A stretch of 64,000 nt of DNA, taken from contig JAJDAO010000026.1 in the NCBI GenBank assembly GCA_029261835.1, positions 260,666 to 324,665 of the forward strand. The letters run 5' to 3'. Shown piece by piece: positions 36,146 through 44,157 of this stretch. The notes beneath the pieces were generated by a model. That model was given only the letters and a program-made list of their open reading frames with translations. It had not been told where the DNA came from and did not search any database. The DNA comes from Deltaproteobacteria bacterium. GTDB lineage: Bacteria; Myxococcota_A; UBA9160; UBA4427. Numbering within the stretch: the stretch's first letter is position 1; each line of letters begins with the position of its first letter. A program made the translations under genes and the position numbers.

Positions 36146-37633
36146 ATGAGCGAGATCCAGGGTGCGCGCCCCAGCGACGACATTCGTCCTTACGGAATCC
36201 TGATCGTCGACGACGAGCCGGCGATCCTCGAGTCGTTGGAGTTCACCCTGGGTGCGGAGTACCGCATTCTCACTGCGCAGACGGGTGAGGAGGGACTCGA
36301 AATCCTCGACCAGGAGGAGATCGCGCTGGTGATCTCCGACCAGGTGATGCCGGGGATGAGTGGCGTGGAGTTCCTCGAGAAGGTCATCGAGCGCAATCCC
36401 CGCGCCGTCCGCATGATTCTGACGGGCTACGCGGACGTCTCGTCTCTGGTTCGCGCCATCAACGAGGGGCGGATCTATCGCTACATCCCCAAGCCGTGGG
36501 AGCCCGATGAGCTGCGCATCAATGTCAGACGTGCCCTCGAGTCCTTCGAGCTGATCTCGCAGAACACCCGGCTCACGGCGGATCTCGAGGACGCGAACGA
36601 GCGCCTGAGAGCTGAGAACCTCTACCTGCGCCGCGAGGTGGAGGGCCGCTACTCGTTTACGGAGATCATCGGTGACAGCCCGGCCATGCAGCGGGTCTTC
36701 GATGTCACGCAGAAGGTGGCGGAGACCGACGCCACCGTGCTCCTCGCCGGCGAGACCGGCACCGGCAAGGATCTGGTCGCGCGCGCCATCCATTACTCTG
36801 GACCGCGCAAGGATCAGCGTTTCGTGGCACAGAACTGTGCTGCGCTGCCCGACACACTGCTCGAGAGCGAACTCTTCGGTCACAAGCGTGGCGCATTCAC
36901 CGGCGCCCACGCGGACAAGAAGGGGCTCTTCGAGGTGGCGGACGGTGGCACCATCTTTCTCGATGAGGTGGCGGAGACCGAGCCGGGCATGCAGGTTCGC
37001 CTGCTGCGCGTGCTCCAGGATGGAGAGATTCGCCCACTGGGCTCTTCGGAAACGATCAACGTCGACGTGCGGGTGGTCGCCGCGACCAACCGCGACCTGC
37101 GCCGCGAGGTCGAGGAGGGACGTTTCCGCGAGGATCTCTACTACCGACTGCGCGTGGTCGAGATCACACTCCCCGCGCTGTGCGAGCGCCGCCAGGACAT
37201 TCCGGCCCTGGCTCACCACTTCCTCGACAAGGTCAGTCCAAGGATGGGGCGCAAGCTGGCCGGCTTCACCAATGCGGCGATGGATCGCCTGGTCGCCCAC
37301 GACTGGCGGGGCAACGTGCGCGAGCTCGAGAACGAGATCGAGCGGATCGCCGCTCTGGCGGGGCTCGAGGAGACGATCGGCGTCGAGATGCTCTCGGAGC
37401 GCATCCGCGGCGCGAAGCCGAGCGCAGTTCAGAGTGGGGCCGACGTTGTGCCGTTAACGGACTGGGACCTCAATCGATCCGTGGACGGCCTCAAGAGGCG
37501 TATGATCATCGAAGCCGTGCGAAGAGATGGCAGCAAGACACGCGCCGCCGAGCGTCTCGGGATTCCGCGCCAGTCGCTGCAGAAGATGATGAAGCGACTC
37601 GAGATCAGCGACGACGACGTGAAGGGCGGCTGA
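36146..37633 (+). CDS. sigma-54-dependent response regulator (NtrC family enhancer-binding protein)
   Basis: A REC domain (ILIVDDEP...[10 protein letters not shown]) is followed by AAA+ motifs: Walker A GETGTGKD, the GAFTGA loop (KRGAFTGAH) and RVVAATN. A C-terminal Fis-type HTH ([22 protein letters not shown]) completes it. Confidence 0.95.
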   Translation: MSEIQGARPSDDIRPYGILIVDDEPAILESLEFTLGAEYRILTAQTGEEGLEILDQEEIALVISDQVMPGMSGVEFLEKVIERNPRAVRMILTGYADVSSLVRAINEGRIYRYIPKPWEPDELRINVRRALESFELISQNTRLTADLEDANERLRAENLYLRREVEGRYSFTEIIGDSPAMQRVFDVTQKVAETDATVLLAGETGTGKDLVARAIHYSGPRKDQRFVAQNCAALPDTLLESELFGHKRGAFTGAHADKKGLFEVADGGTIFLDEVAETEPGMQVRLLRVLQDGEIRPLGSSETINVDVRVVAATNRDLRREVEEGRFREDLYYRLRVVEITLPALCERRQDIPALAHHFLDKVSPRMGRKLAGFTNAAMDRLVAHDWRGNVRELENEIERIAALAGLEETIGVEMLSERIRGAKPSAVQSGADVVPLTDWDLNRSVDGLKRRMIIEAVRRDGSKTRAAERLGIPRQSLQKMMKRLEISDDDVKGG

Positions 37634-37711
37634 GGTCGCTGCTCGCCGCGAGGCGAGCGAGATGAGTGAGTTGAATCGTCCGGGCCGGATCCGGGCTGAA
37701 ACGGAGGCACG

Positions 37712-38239
37712 ATGGAGACCATCCACACCGCCAGCTTCGACTCCTCCATCGGCCAGCTGTCCGTCGCCTCCACGCAGTCGGGCCTCGCCCACCTGGCGCT
37801 GCCCTGCGCTGCCGGCCGGGGGCTCGCGGGTTGGCGCCAGAGCCACTATCCGCAGGCCGAGCTGCGTGAGGGTTACGAACCCAACCGGGTGGCGATCCAA
37901 CAGATCAGCGAGTTTCTTGACGGCAAGCGGGAGATCTTCGATCTGCCGCTCGACTTGCGGGGCACTGCCTTTCAGGTCGAGGTCTATCGCGAGGTGGCAG
38001 CGGTCCCGTACGGCGAGTGGCGCTCGTACGCCGAGGTCGCGCGTCGGCTCGGCCGTCCAAAGGCCTTTCGCGCGGTGGGGGCCGCGAACGCCGTCAACCC
38101 GATCCCGCTGGTGATCCCCTGCCACCGCGTCTTGGCCAGCAACGGTCAGCTCCAGGGCTACGCGGGCGGCCTGGCCCTCAAGGCCCGACTGCTCGCCATG
38201 GAGAACGCATCGCGGCCGGACCAGGGACAGCTCTTGTAG
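37712..38239 (+). CDS. ogt: methylated-DNA--protein-cysteine methyltransferase
   Basis: The active site IPCHRV and the preceding YGEWRSYAEVARRLG..AFRAVGAANAVNPIPLV are present. Confidence 0.9.
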   Translation: METIHTASFDSSIGQLSVASTQSGLAHLALPCAAGRGLAGWRQSHYPQAELREGYEPNRVAIQQISEFLDGKREIFDLPLDLRGTAFQVEVYREVAAVPYGEWRSYAEVARRLGRPKAFRAVGAANAVNPIPLVIPCHRVLASNGQLQGYAGGLALKARLLAMENASRPDQGQLL

Positions 38240-38267
38240 CCGTGACCCGGCGTCCGTATTGGTGAGC

Positions 38268-38300
38268 CGTGCAACGCATGCGTGTCGTGTGCGTTGCACG
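38268..38300 (+). terminator. strong hairpin downstream of ogt (possible terminator without a U-tract)
   Basis: A perfect 11-bp stem CGTGCAACGCA / TGCGTTGCACG encloses an 11-nt loop. No T-run follows, so its function as an intrinsic terminator is uncertain. Confidence 0.35.
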
Positions 38301-38389
38301 CGGAGTCCGGCGCTGCACGGTATCGCGACGCACCGTCACGAGTAATCCGGGCTAGCCTCCGCCCACTCGCCGCCTTAAACTTCGCCCCC

Positions 38390-39637
38390 ATGTCGAAGAT
38401 GACGATGAGCGCGATTGGGCTGATCCTGGCGGCTGCCGGGTTCTTCTTGGGTGAATACAGCGAGTCGCATAGATCGCCTCGGGCGCTGGCGCCGCTTCCC
38501 GCTCCTGCGAAGCTCACCGCCTCGCAGCAAGCCGCTCCCGGGAGCATTCGAGCGCTGATTCGCGAGCCCGACGCATTTGTGCGGGCGGTCGGACTCGCGA
38601 GCGAGCTCCCGAAGCTCGGCCCGGATGCGGTACCAGAGGTGCGCGATGTGTTGGCCCACGAGATGCTCGGCATGGGGGCCGCCGAGGTCACACTCCTGGT
38701 TCGCTTCTGGGCACTGCATGATCCCGCGGCCGCCACGCGATGGTCGTTCCGCCACGCGCCGATCGCCTATCGCGGCGCCGTGATTTCGCCCAGCATCGAG
38801 CTCTGGGCCTACCGCGACCCCAAGGCCGCGCTCGAAGAGATCCTGCTCATGGCCGCCGCCAAGGGGCCCAACATCGCGGCCGCTGAGAAGGCATTGGTGA
38901 AAGGCTGGTTCAAGTCGGGCAAGCCCGGCCTGACCGACTACATACGTGACCTGGGGCCGAGTCTTGCTCGGCAGCGCGCGCTTGCGGTCTTCGCCCGCGA
39001 GTTCATTCGGCACGATGGCCCCCAGGCGGTCATGAGCTGGGCCGAACGGATTCCCGCTGAGCCGAAGCGATTCAAGCTCGGTGCCTATCGCCAGGTCGGC
39101 CGTGAGCTGGCCCGAGAGGATTTCCCGTCCGCCAAGGCGTGGTGCGAGACGCACTGTGAGGGCCCCTTCGGGGCGGATGTCCGCGGGCTGATCGCGAATC
39201 TGCGCGCTCGGCAGGATGGCCCGAGCACGATGCAGTGGGTCGCCAATGCGCCGGCTGGAGTCGAGCGTGATCGGGCCGCCGAGAGGGCTTTCGAGGGCTG
39301 GATGCGCGCGGATCATGAAGGTCTCGAGCAATGGATGAGCGAGATGGGCCCCGATGGCGTCGAGCCCTGGTTCAGGCCTGCCTTGCGACACTATGCGATG
39401 TGGGTCTCGACGGAGGATCCCGAGAAGGCCATCAGGTGGCTCGAGCAGGCTGAGGATGGCGTGCAGAAGGCATCCGCCTACGTCTACGTCGGGCAGCAGT
39501 GGCTCCGGCTCGATGAGAAGGCAGCCGAAGCCTGGCTGCTGAACTCACCGCTCTCCGAAAAGATGAGGGCCAAGGTGCGTGAGCCCGGTCCCCTGCGGCG
39601 CAGCAAACAGAAGGCCCCCGTCGCCGCACCCCAGTAG
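38390..39637 (+). CDS. membrane-anchored alpha-helical repeat protein, unknown function
   Basis: An N-terminal TM (MSAIGLILAAAGFFLG) is followed by helix-rich sequence with many recurrent x-W motifs. No recognisable catalytic motif is present. Confidence 0.5.
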   Translation: MSKMTMSAIGLILAAAGFFLGEYSESHRSPRALAPLPAPAKLTASQQAAPGSIRALIREPDAFVRAVGLASELPKLGPDAVPEVRDVLAHEMLGMGAAEVTLLVRFWALHDPAAATRWSFRHAPIAYRGAVISPSIELWAYRDPKAALEEILLMAAAKGPNIAAAEKALVKGWFKSGKPGLTDYIRDLGPSLARQRALAVFAREFIRHDGPQAVMSWAERIPAEPKRFKLGAYRQVGRELAREDFPSAKAWCETHCEGPFGADVRGLIANLRARQDGPSTMQWVANAPAGVERDRAAERAFEGWMRADHEGLEQWMSEMGPDGVEPWFRPALRHYAMWVSTEDPEKAIRWLEQAEDGVQKASAYVYVGQQWLRLDEKAAEAWLLNSPLSEKMRAKVREPGPLRRSKQKAPVAAPQ

Positions 39638-39660
39638 GAGCCCGCTGTCGAGAGCGGGGA

Positions 39661-39984
39661 TCACCAGCCGCGCCAAACGATCTCGCTCCCGACTGCGTAG
39701 AGTCGACACGGCGACTGCATTCGACGCAGTCCCCGGCGCTTCAGGCACTCCTGCAGCGCGGCCTGCTCCGCCTCGGCGGATGACGCCTGCCCCCCCGCGG
39801 CGCCCGAGACCCAGACGTTGTGCGGGTCGCCCGCGATGGCGAGCGCCCGTGCCTCCGGCAGGCTGAGGTATTGCTTCCAGACTCTGGCGAGCCCGGGCGG
39901 GGGCCTGTCGGCGCCCGAGGCGCAGGCCAGCACTGCCGGGATGAGGAGCCAAGGAACGGCCAGGCGAAGAGGGGAGAACTTCAT
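39661..39984 (-). CDS. small lipoprotein, unknown function
   Basis: It has a signal peptide with a lipobox (VLACASG). The mature part carries conserved-looking Cys residues (QECL...SPCRLYA). Confidence 0.5.
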   Translation of the reverse strand: MKFSPLRLAVPWLLIPAVLACASGADRPPPGLARVWKQYLSLPEARALAIAGDPHNVWVSGAAGGQASSAEAEQAALQECLKRRGLRRMQSPCRLYAVGSEIVWRGW

Positions 39985-40029
39985 CGCGTATCGGAGAGCC
40001 TAGCAAGCAGGCTGCGGAAGAAGAGAAGA

Positions 40030-40063
40030 AGAGAAAAGGCGGGCCGACCGAAGTCGACCCGCC
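40030..40063 (-). terminator. rho-independent terminator of the IPTL-CTERM-like gene
   Basis: On the minus strand an 11-bp GC-rich stem (GGCGGGTCGAC...GTCGGCCCGCC, one mismatch) with a TTCG loop is followed by TTTTCTCTTC. It lies about 43 nt after the stop at 40106. Confidence 0.55.
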
Positions 40064-40105
40064 TTCCCCTTGTTTCCTATATATCTTGCTACTGCCGGCG
40101 CTCGC

Positions 40106-41242
40106 TCAGCTGGCAGTGGCCGTGGCGCGACGAACCATTACGAGCGTCGCACCCGTGACCAACGCCACGAGCAGCAGAATGGCACCACGCGAGAGCGTCG
40201 GTACGAACGTCGCCGGGAGCCCGAGCGTGAGGTTGAGCCAGCTCCGGTTCGCGTTCGGTCCGCTACCGGCTCGCATGCTCACGCCACTGGATACGAGCGA
40301 GATCGTGCCGAAGCCATTGACTCGGCCATCCGAGCCCGAGAGGACCATCAGCTCAGTGCCGGCGCCAGCCGTGCTCCTGGCTTCGACCGTGATCTTGCCA
40401 GTCGTCCAGGGGCCGCCCCAGCTGGTCGCGGTGTTGGCAACACCAGGCCCGAGACCAGTCGGGGTCGCGCTGAGGATCAAGCCGTTCGCGGCCACATTGA
40501 CCCCGAACAATCCGGGGTTCGGAGCCCCACCGGGGGTGCTCACCACGGTGCCGAAGGGGCCACCAATGACCGCGTTCGAAGCCGGTGTCACCAAGGCGAA
40601 GGCGGCGACGCAGCCTGCGTTCGTCGCGATATTGCAGGGAGCGGGAACGGGGCCGGCGAAAGCGAGGTTAACTGGTCCCGCGAGCTTGGCTGAAGCCGTG
40701 CCACCAAACTGATTCAGAGTCTTGGTGTACTTCATGCGTCCGGTGCTGGGGAGCGTCGTCGCGACCGGATTGGGGCAGCCGGGGTTGAAGCCGGTAGTGG
40801 GGCCGCCAGTGGGGAGCGGGCGTCCGGGGCACCATGTCACGGTCGAGGGTCCGGTTCGGCCGCTCTTGGCGAAGGTCGCTGAGACCCTGGGCACCTTGAA
40901 GCCAATTGAAGTGCCCACCTGGAAGACCTTCGGGTTCGCCAGGAACACGGGGCCGACACCCGGCGCCTGCGCTCTGGTGAGCTGCGACGGCGCAATCGTC
41001 AGTTTCTTCGGGTCTGCGCCGTTCGTCTGCTGTGCCGTTGCCCCGGGAATCGCGAGAATCTTGCCAACCGGGGCCGCGGGGGTGAACCCGAACGGAAGCG
41101 GAAGACCGTTTCCGATCTGGAATCGGGCATTGCCCGAAAGTGAATAAGGCTTGGCCTGGGCAGTCGTCACCCATGCGAAGCCAACTAGCGCGCATGCGAC
41201 CACTACGCATACGAGTCCCGATAAGGGCGCTCTTTGGGACAT
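40106..41242 (-). CDS. secreted Gly/Thr/Pro/Asn-rich protein with an IPTL-CTERM-like C-terminal sorting signal
   Basis: The ATG (complement of 41240-41242) is preceded by AAGGAG. It has a signal peptide (LVCVVVACALVGFAWVTTAQA). The C-terminus reads VPTLSRGAILLLVALVTGATLVMVRRATATAS: a motif, a hydrophobic helix and a basic cluster. Confidence 0.7.
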   Translation of the reverse strand: MSQRAPLSGLVCVVVACALVGFAWVTTAQAKPYSLSGNARFQIGNGLPLPFGFTPAAPVGKILAIPGATAQQTNGADPKKLTIAPSQLTRAQAPGVGPVFLANPKVFQVGTSIGFKVPRVSATFAKSGRTGPSTVTWCPGRPLPTGGPTTGFNPGCPNPVATTLPSTGRMKYTKTLNQFGGTASAKLAGPVNLAFAGPVPAPCNIATNAGCVAAFALVTPASNAVIGGPFGTVVSTPGGAPNPGLFGVNVAANGLILSATPTGLGPGVANTATSWGGPWTTGKITVEARSTAGAGTELMVLSGSDGRVNGFGTISLVSSGVSMRAGSGPNANRSWLNLTLGLPATFVPTLSRGAILLLVALVTGATLVMVRRATATAS

Positions 41243-41260
41243 ATCACATCTCCTTTGATC

Positions 41261-41290
41261 CACTGAAATCCACTGAAATCTGCTGAAATT
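41261..41290 (-). repeat. three tandem 10-bp repeats in the 5' leader, immediately upstream of the RBS
   Basis: The plus strand reads CACTGAAATC CACTGAAATC TGCTGAAATT. As mRNA this is AAUUUCAGCA GAUUUCAGUG GAUUUCAGUG, then GAUCAAAGGAG. Confidence 0.6.
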
Positions 41291-41446
41291 GGGAAAACCG
41301 GAGGACTCGACTCTTGATCCTGCTGATCGTGATCCGCTTTCGATTGACTCTCGATCGATTGACCGATTCTCGTTGTCGCTCGCTCGCTCGTCGCTTCCGC
41401 CGACTGCCACGGTAGTCTCTGCAGCCTCTCTGCAGGTTGCGTACGG

Positions 41447-41462
41447 TGCAACCTGGGTGCCA
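41447..41462 (-). promoter_or_regulatory. sigma-54 (-24/-12) promoter
   Basis: The minus strand reads TGGCAC-CCAGG-TTGCA. This matches the TGGCAC-N5-TTGCW consensus exactly, including spacing. It lies about 200 nt upstream of the IPTL-CTERM-like gene start. Confidence 0.6.
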
Positions 41463-41748
41463 ACCCCTCAGTCCGCCGACACCAGCCTGGAACTCTTCGC
41501 GATTTCAGTCATTTGGGCGATTTCGGCGAGAGTGGGAGGGCACGAGGTTCGGCAGAACCACTGGCGCAGCAAGCCCCGATTTTCCCCGAGCGCCGAGCGC
41601 CCCCACGGGATCGTTGTGAATAGTTCAAGAGTTTCAAATAGTTATGATCCGAGAAGCCGGAGCATTCTGCGCCAGTCGAGATGCTTGCTCCGGCGCGTTC
41701 TGCACCGCGATTGCCTGCTTCCCGCCGACGAGTCGCCTCTGGGGGGGC

Positions 41749-44058
41749 CTAGCCCGCCTGTGACTCGGGCCCAGCGCCGGGCTCCGGCTGTGTCCGTAGC
41801 TTGCGGGCGCGGTCGGCGGCTTCCTCGGCTCGCTCGGGGTCGTTGCGCTGCTGGTGGATACGGCTCAGCAGGTCCAGGGCCTCCGCCCCCCCGCCGAAGC
41901 GCACCGCGCGCTCCGCCAGCGCGAGGGCCTGGGCTGAGTCCGAGCCGTGTTCGAGCTGCAGTTGCGCCAGCTCGGCAGCCGCCTCCGGTCGATACGGATG
42001 CTCCTCGAGCACGGCCTTGAGACGGTCTTCAGCTTCCGGGTATCGGCCAGCGGCCATCAGCGCGCGCGCGGCCCCCAGCTTGGATTGCTCGTCGCCCGGG
42101 TCTGCAGCAGCGGCGCGATCAAAGAGCGAGAGTGCGCTCTCGGGGTCCTGCGCCATGCTCAGCCGACCGAGGCCCGCCAGTGCCCCGGCATTCTCCGGCT
42201 CGAGCTCGGCCGCGCGGCGGTATGCCTGACGGATTTCTTCGCTCGGCGCGCCCGCGAGTTCGAGCGCACGCCCGTGGATCACGTGCAGTGCGGCCGTATC
42301 GGGGTGCTGACCCAGGGCGTCGCGCAGCGTCGCCTGGGCTTCGTCGAGCACGCCGGCCTCGTGGGAGAAGCGCACCAGCGCGTACAGAGCAGCGGCGCCG
42401 CGTGGGTCCTTGAAGTCGACACCCTGTGACTCCCATTGGCGCAGCAGACCGACCGCCGCCGCTGGCCCCGCCCGCCCGTTGCTGCCCTCGGCCGCATGGC
42501 TGAGTGCCTGCGACATCGGCCCTGCGGCCCAAGCCGCGAACTTCAGGAGGGAGCTGCGCAGTGAGGCGGCATCGCCGAGACGCGCCCAGAGACGCAGCGA
42601 AAGCAGCTCCCCCTCCAGATCGATCGGCAACTTCTCCGCCTGCAGGCGCAGCATCGCGAGCGCCTCTGCGGGCTTGCCCTGGGCCAGGTGGAGACGCGCC
42701 AGTCTCGTGCGCGCGTCGGTACCGCCGATGTCGATGCGAAGGCAGTAGCGATACTCCGCGATGGCGCGGTCGAAGTCCCCGAGCGCCTCTGCGGAGACGG
42801 CCGCGTTGTAGCGCGCCCAGGGGTTGTTGGGCCAGAGACGGAACGCCTCGTCGAAGTGCTTCAGCGCTTCGGCGTGCTGATCGCGCTCTTGTGCCACGCG
42901 GGCGCGAATCATCTCCTGATGCTCGGGCACGCTCATTTCCGCCGCAATCTCCAGCGCCCGGTCGAGCTCGCCCGCCAGCAAGAGCGCATCCGCGTGCTCG
43001 AGCAACAGGTTCGGATGGGGTGTTCCCATCTTCCGGGCCAGTGCAATCGCGTGCTGCGACGCATCGGCGGCGGCGGCGTAGTCGCCGAGATCCTCATAGT
43101 GCTTGGCGAGGTCGACCCACGCCGTGACGGCGAGATACGGCCTACTTACCTCAGTCGCTTTCTTGAGGAGCTCCTCTGCCTCTTCGCTTTCGCCTCGGGT
43201 ACGCAGGCGCAACGCCAGTCTGGTCCGGTATTCGCGCGAGCCGGGCTCCTCGGCGGCCGCCCGCTGGAGGATCTCCAGCGAGCGGTCGAAATCCCGCATC
43301 TCGTCGTAGTACCCGATGGAGTGCCCGACCACGTTCGGATGAGCCGGATACTTCTCGATGCAGTCGGCCCAACGCTTCGCGGCCAGCTCGGCCTCGCCAC
43401 TCTCCTGGGCGAAGAGAGCCGCCGTGGCACAGTGCCAGCCCTCGACCTCGGTCCCGAGGTCGGTCTCTTCGATGCGCCGGCTCAGATCTTCGATCGCCGC
43501 CCCGGCCTCGTCGATTCGGTCGAGGCCGATCAGGGCGAGAATCCGCGGCTTCATGGCCTCGGCGTTATCGGGATCCAGCTCGACGACGCGAGCGGCGTCC
43601 GCGAGTGCCAGCTCGTCGTTCTGCCGGGAGTGCGCGTAGGCGTTCGCGCGCATCAGCAGGATCTCCAGATTGTCCGGCTGAACCTCGAGGATCTGGTTCG
43701 TGATCTCGATGGCGGTGGCCACGTTGTTGCTCGCGAGCGCACCAAAGGCGAGCTGGCTGCCCGCCGGAACGAGCCAGTCGGGGTGCTTCGCGGCCTCGCG
43801 TAGCGACCACTCGCCAAGGCTCGGCTGGCCGGACAACGCCAGCGCCCGTCCGTAGAGGTACTGAACCTCCGGGTCATCGACCCGCTCTGCGAGGAGCTGT
43901 CGCAGAGGTTCCAGAGTCGCTTCGAACTCGCCGGCCGCCTGCTGCTGACGAATGTCCTCGAGCGGATCCGATGGGCCACAGCCGGTGCTGCCGAGAAAGA
44001 GAATCTGAGCGGCCAAGCTCACAGCGAGCGGCCAGAGTGACTTTCGGGCGCGAGACAT
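41749..44058 (-). CDS. large TPR-repeat lipoprotein
   Basis: It has a lipobox (LFLGSTGCG) and many Ala/Leu-rich 34-residue TPR-like repeats throughout. The start is at MSRARKSLW. Confidence 0.8.
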   Translation of the reverse strand: MSRARKSLWPLAVSLAAQILFLGSTGCGPSDPLEDIRQQQAAGEFEATLEPLRQLLAERVDDPEVQYLYGRALALSGQPSLGEWSLREAAKHPDWLVPAGSQLAFGALASNNVATAIEITNQILEVQPDNLEILLMRANAYAHSRQNDELALADAARVVELDPDNAEAMKPRILALIGLDRIDEAGAAIEDLSRRIEETDLGTEVEGWHCATAALFAQESGEAELAAKRWADCIEKYPAHPNVVGHSIGYYDEMRDFDRSLEILQRAAAEEPGSREYRTRLALRLRTRGESEEAEELLKKATEVSRPYLAVTAWVDLAKHYEDLGDYAAAADASQHAIALARKMGTPHPNLLLEHADALLLAGELDRALEIAAEMSVPEHQEMIRARVAQERDQHAEALKHFDEAFRLWPNNPWARYNAAVSAEALGDFDRAIAEYRYCLRIDIGGTDARTRLARLHLAQGKPAEALAMLRLQAEKLPIDLEGELLSLRLWARLGDAASLRSSLLKFAAWAAGPMSQALSHAAEGSNGRAGPAAAVGLLRQWESQGVDFKDPRGAAALYALVRFSHEAGVLDEAQATLRDALGQHPDTAALHVIHGRALELAGAPSEEIRQAYRRAAELEPENAGALAGLGRLSMAQDPESALSLFDRAAAADPGDEQSKLGAARALMAAGRYPEAEDRLKAVLEEHPYRPEAAAELAQLQLEHGSDSAQALALAERAVRFGGGAEALDLLSRIHQQRNDPERAEEAADRARKLRTQPEPGAGPESQAG

Positions 44059-44157
44059 GGGCGCAGTAGTATAGTCAGCCGCTCGGCGAGTCAACACGTG
44101 CAATTGGCACCGCCCGCCCGCCTGTGCGTCGTGAGCGACCACTGCGTTCTGTGAGAA

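Noticed and set aside
34918-37300. 401-aa and 391-aa minus-strand ORFs antisense to gshB and the NtrC-family gene
   Set aside because: These are shadow ORFs. The plus-strand products carry complete ATP-grasp and REC/AAA+/HTH signatures.
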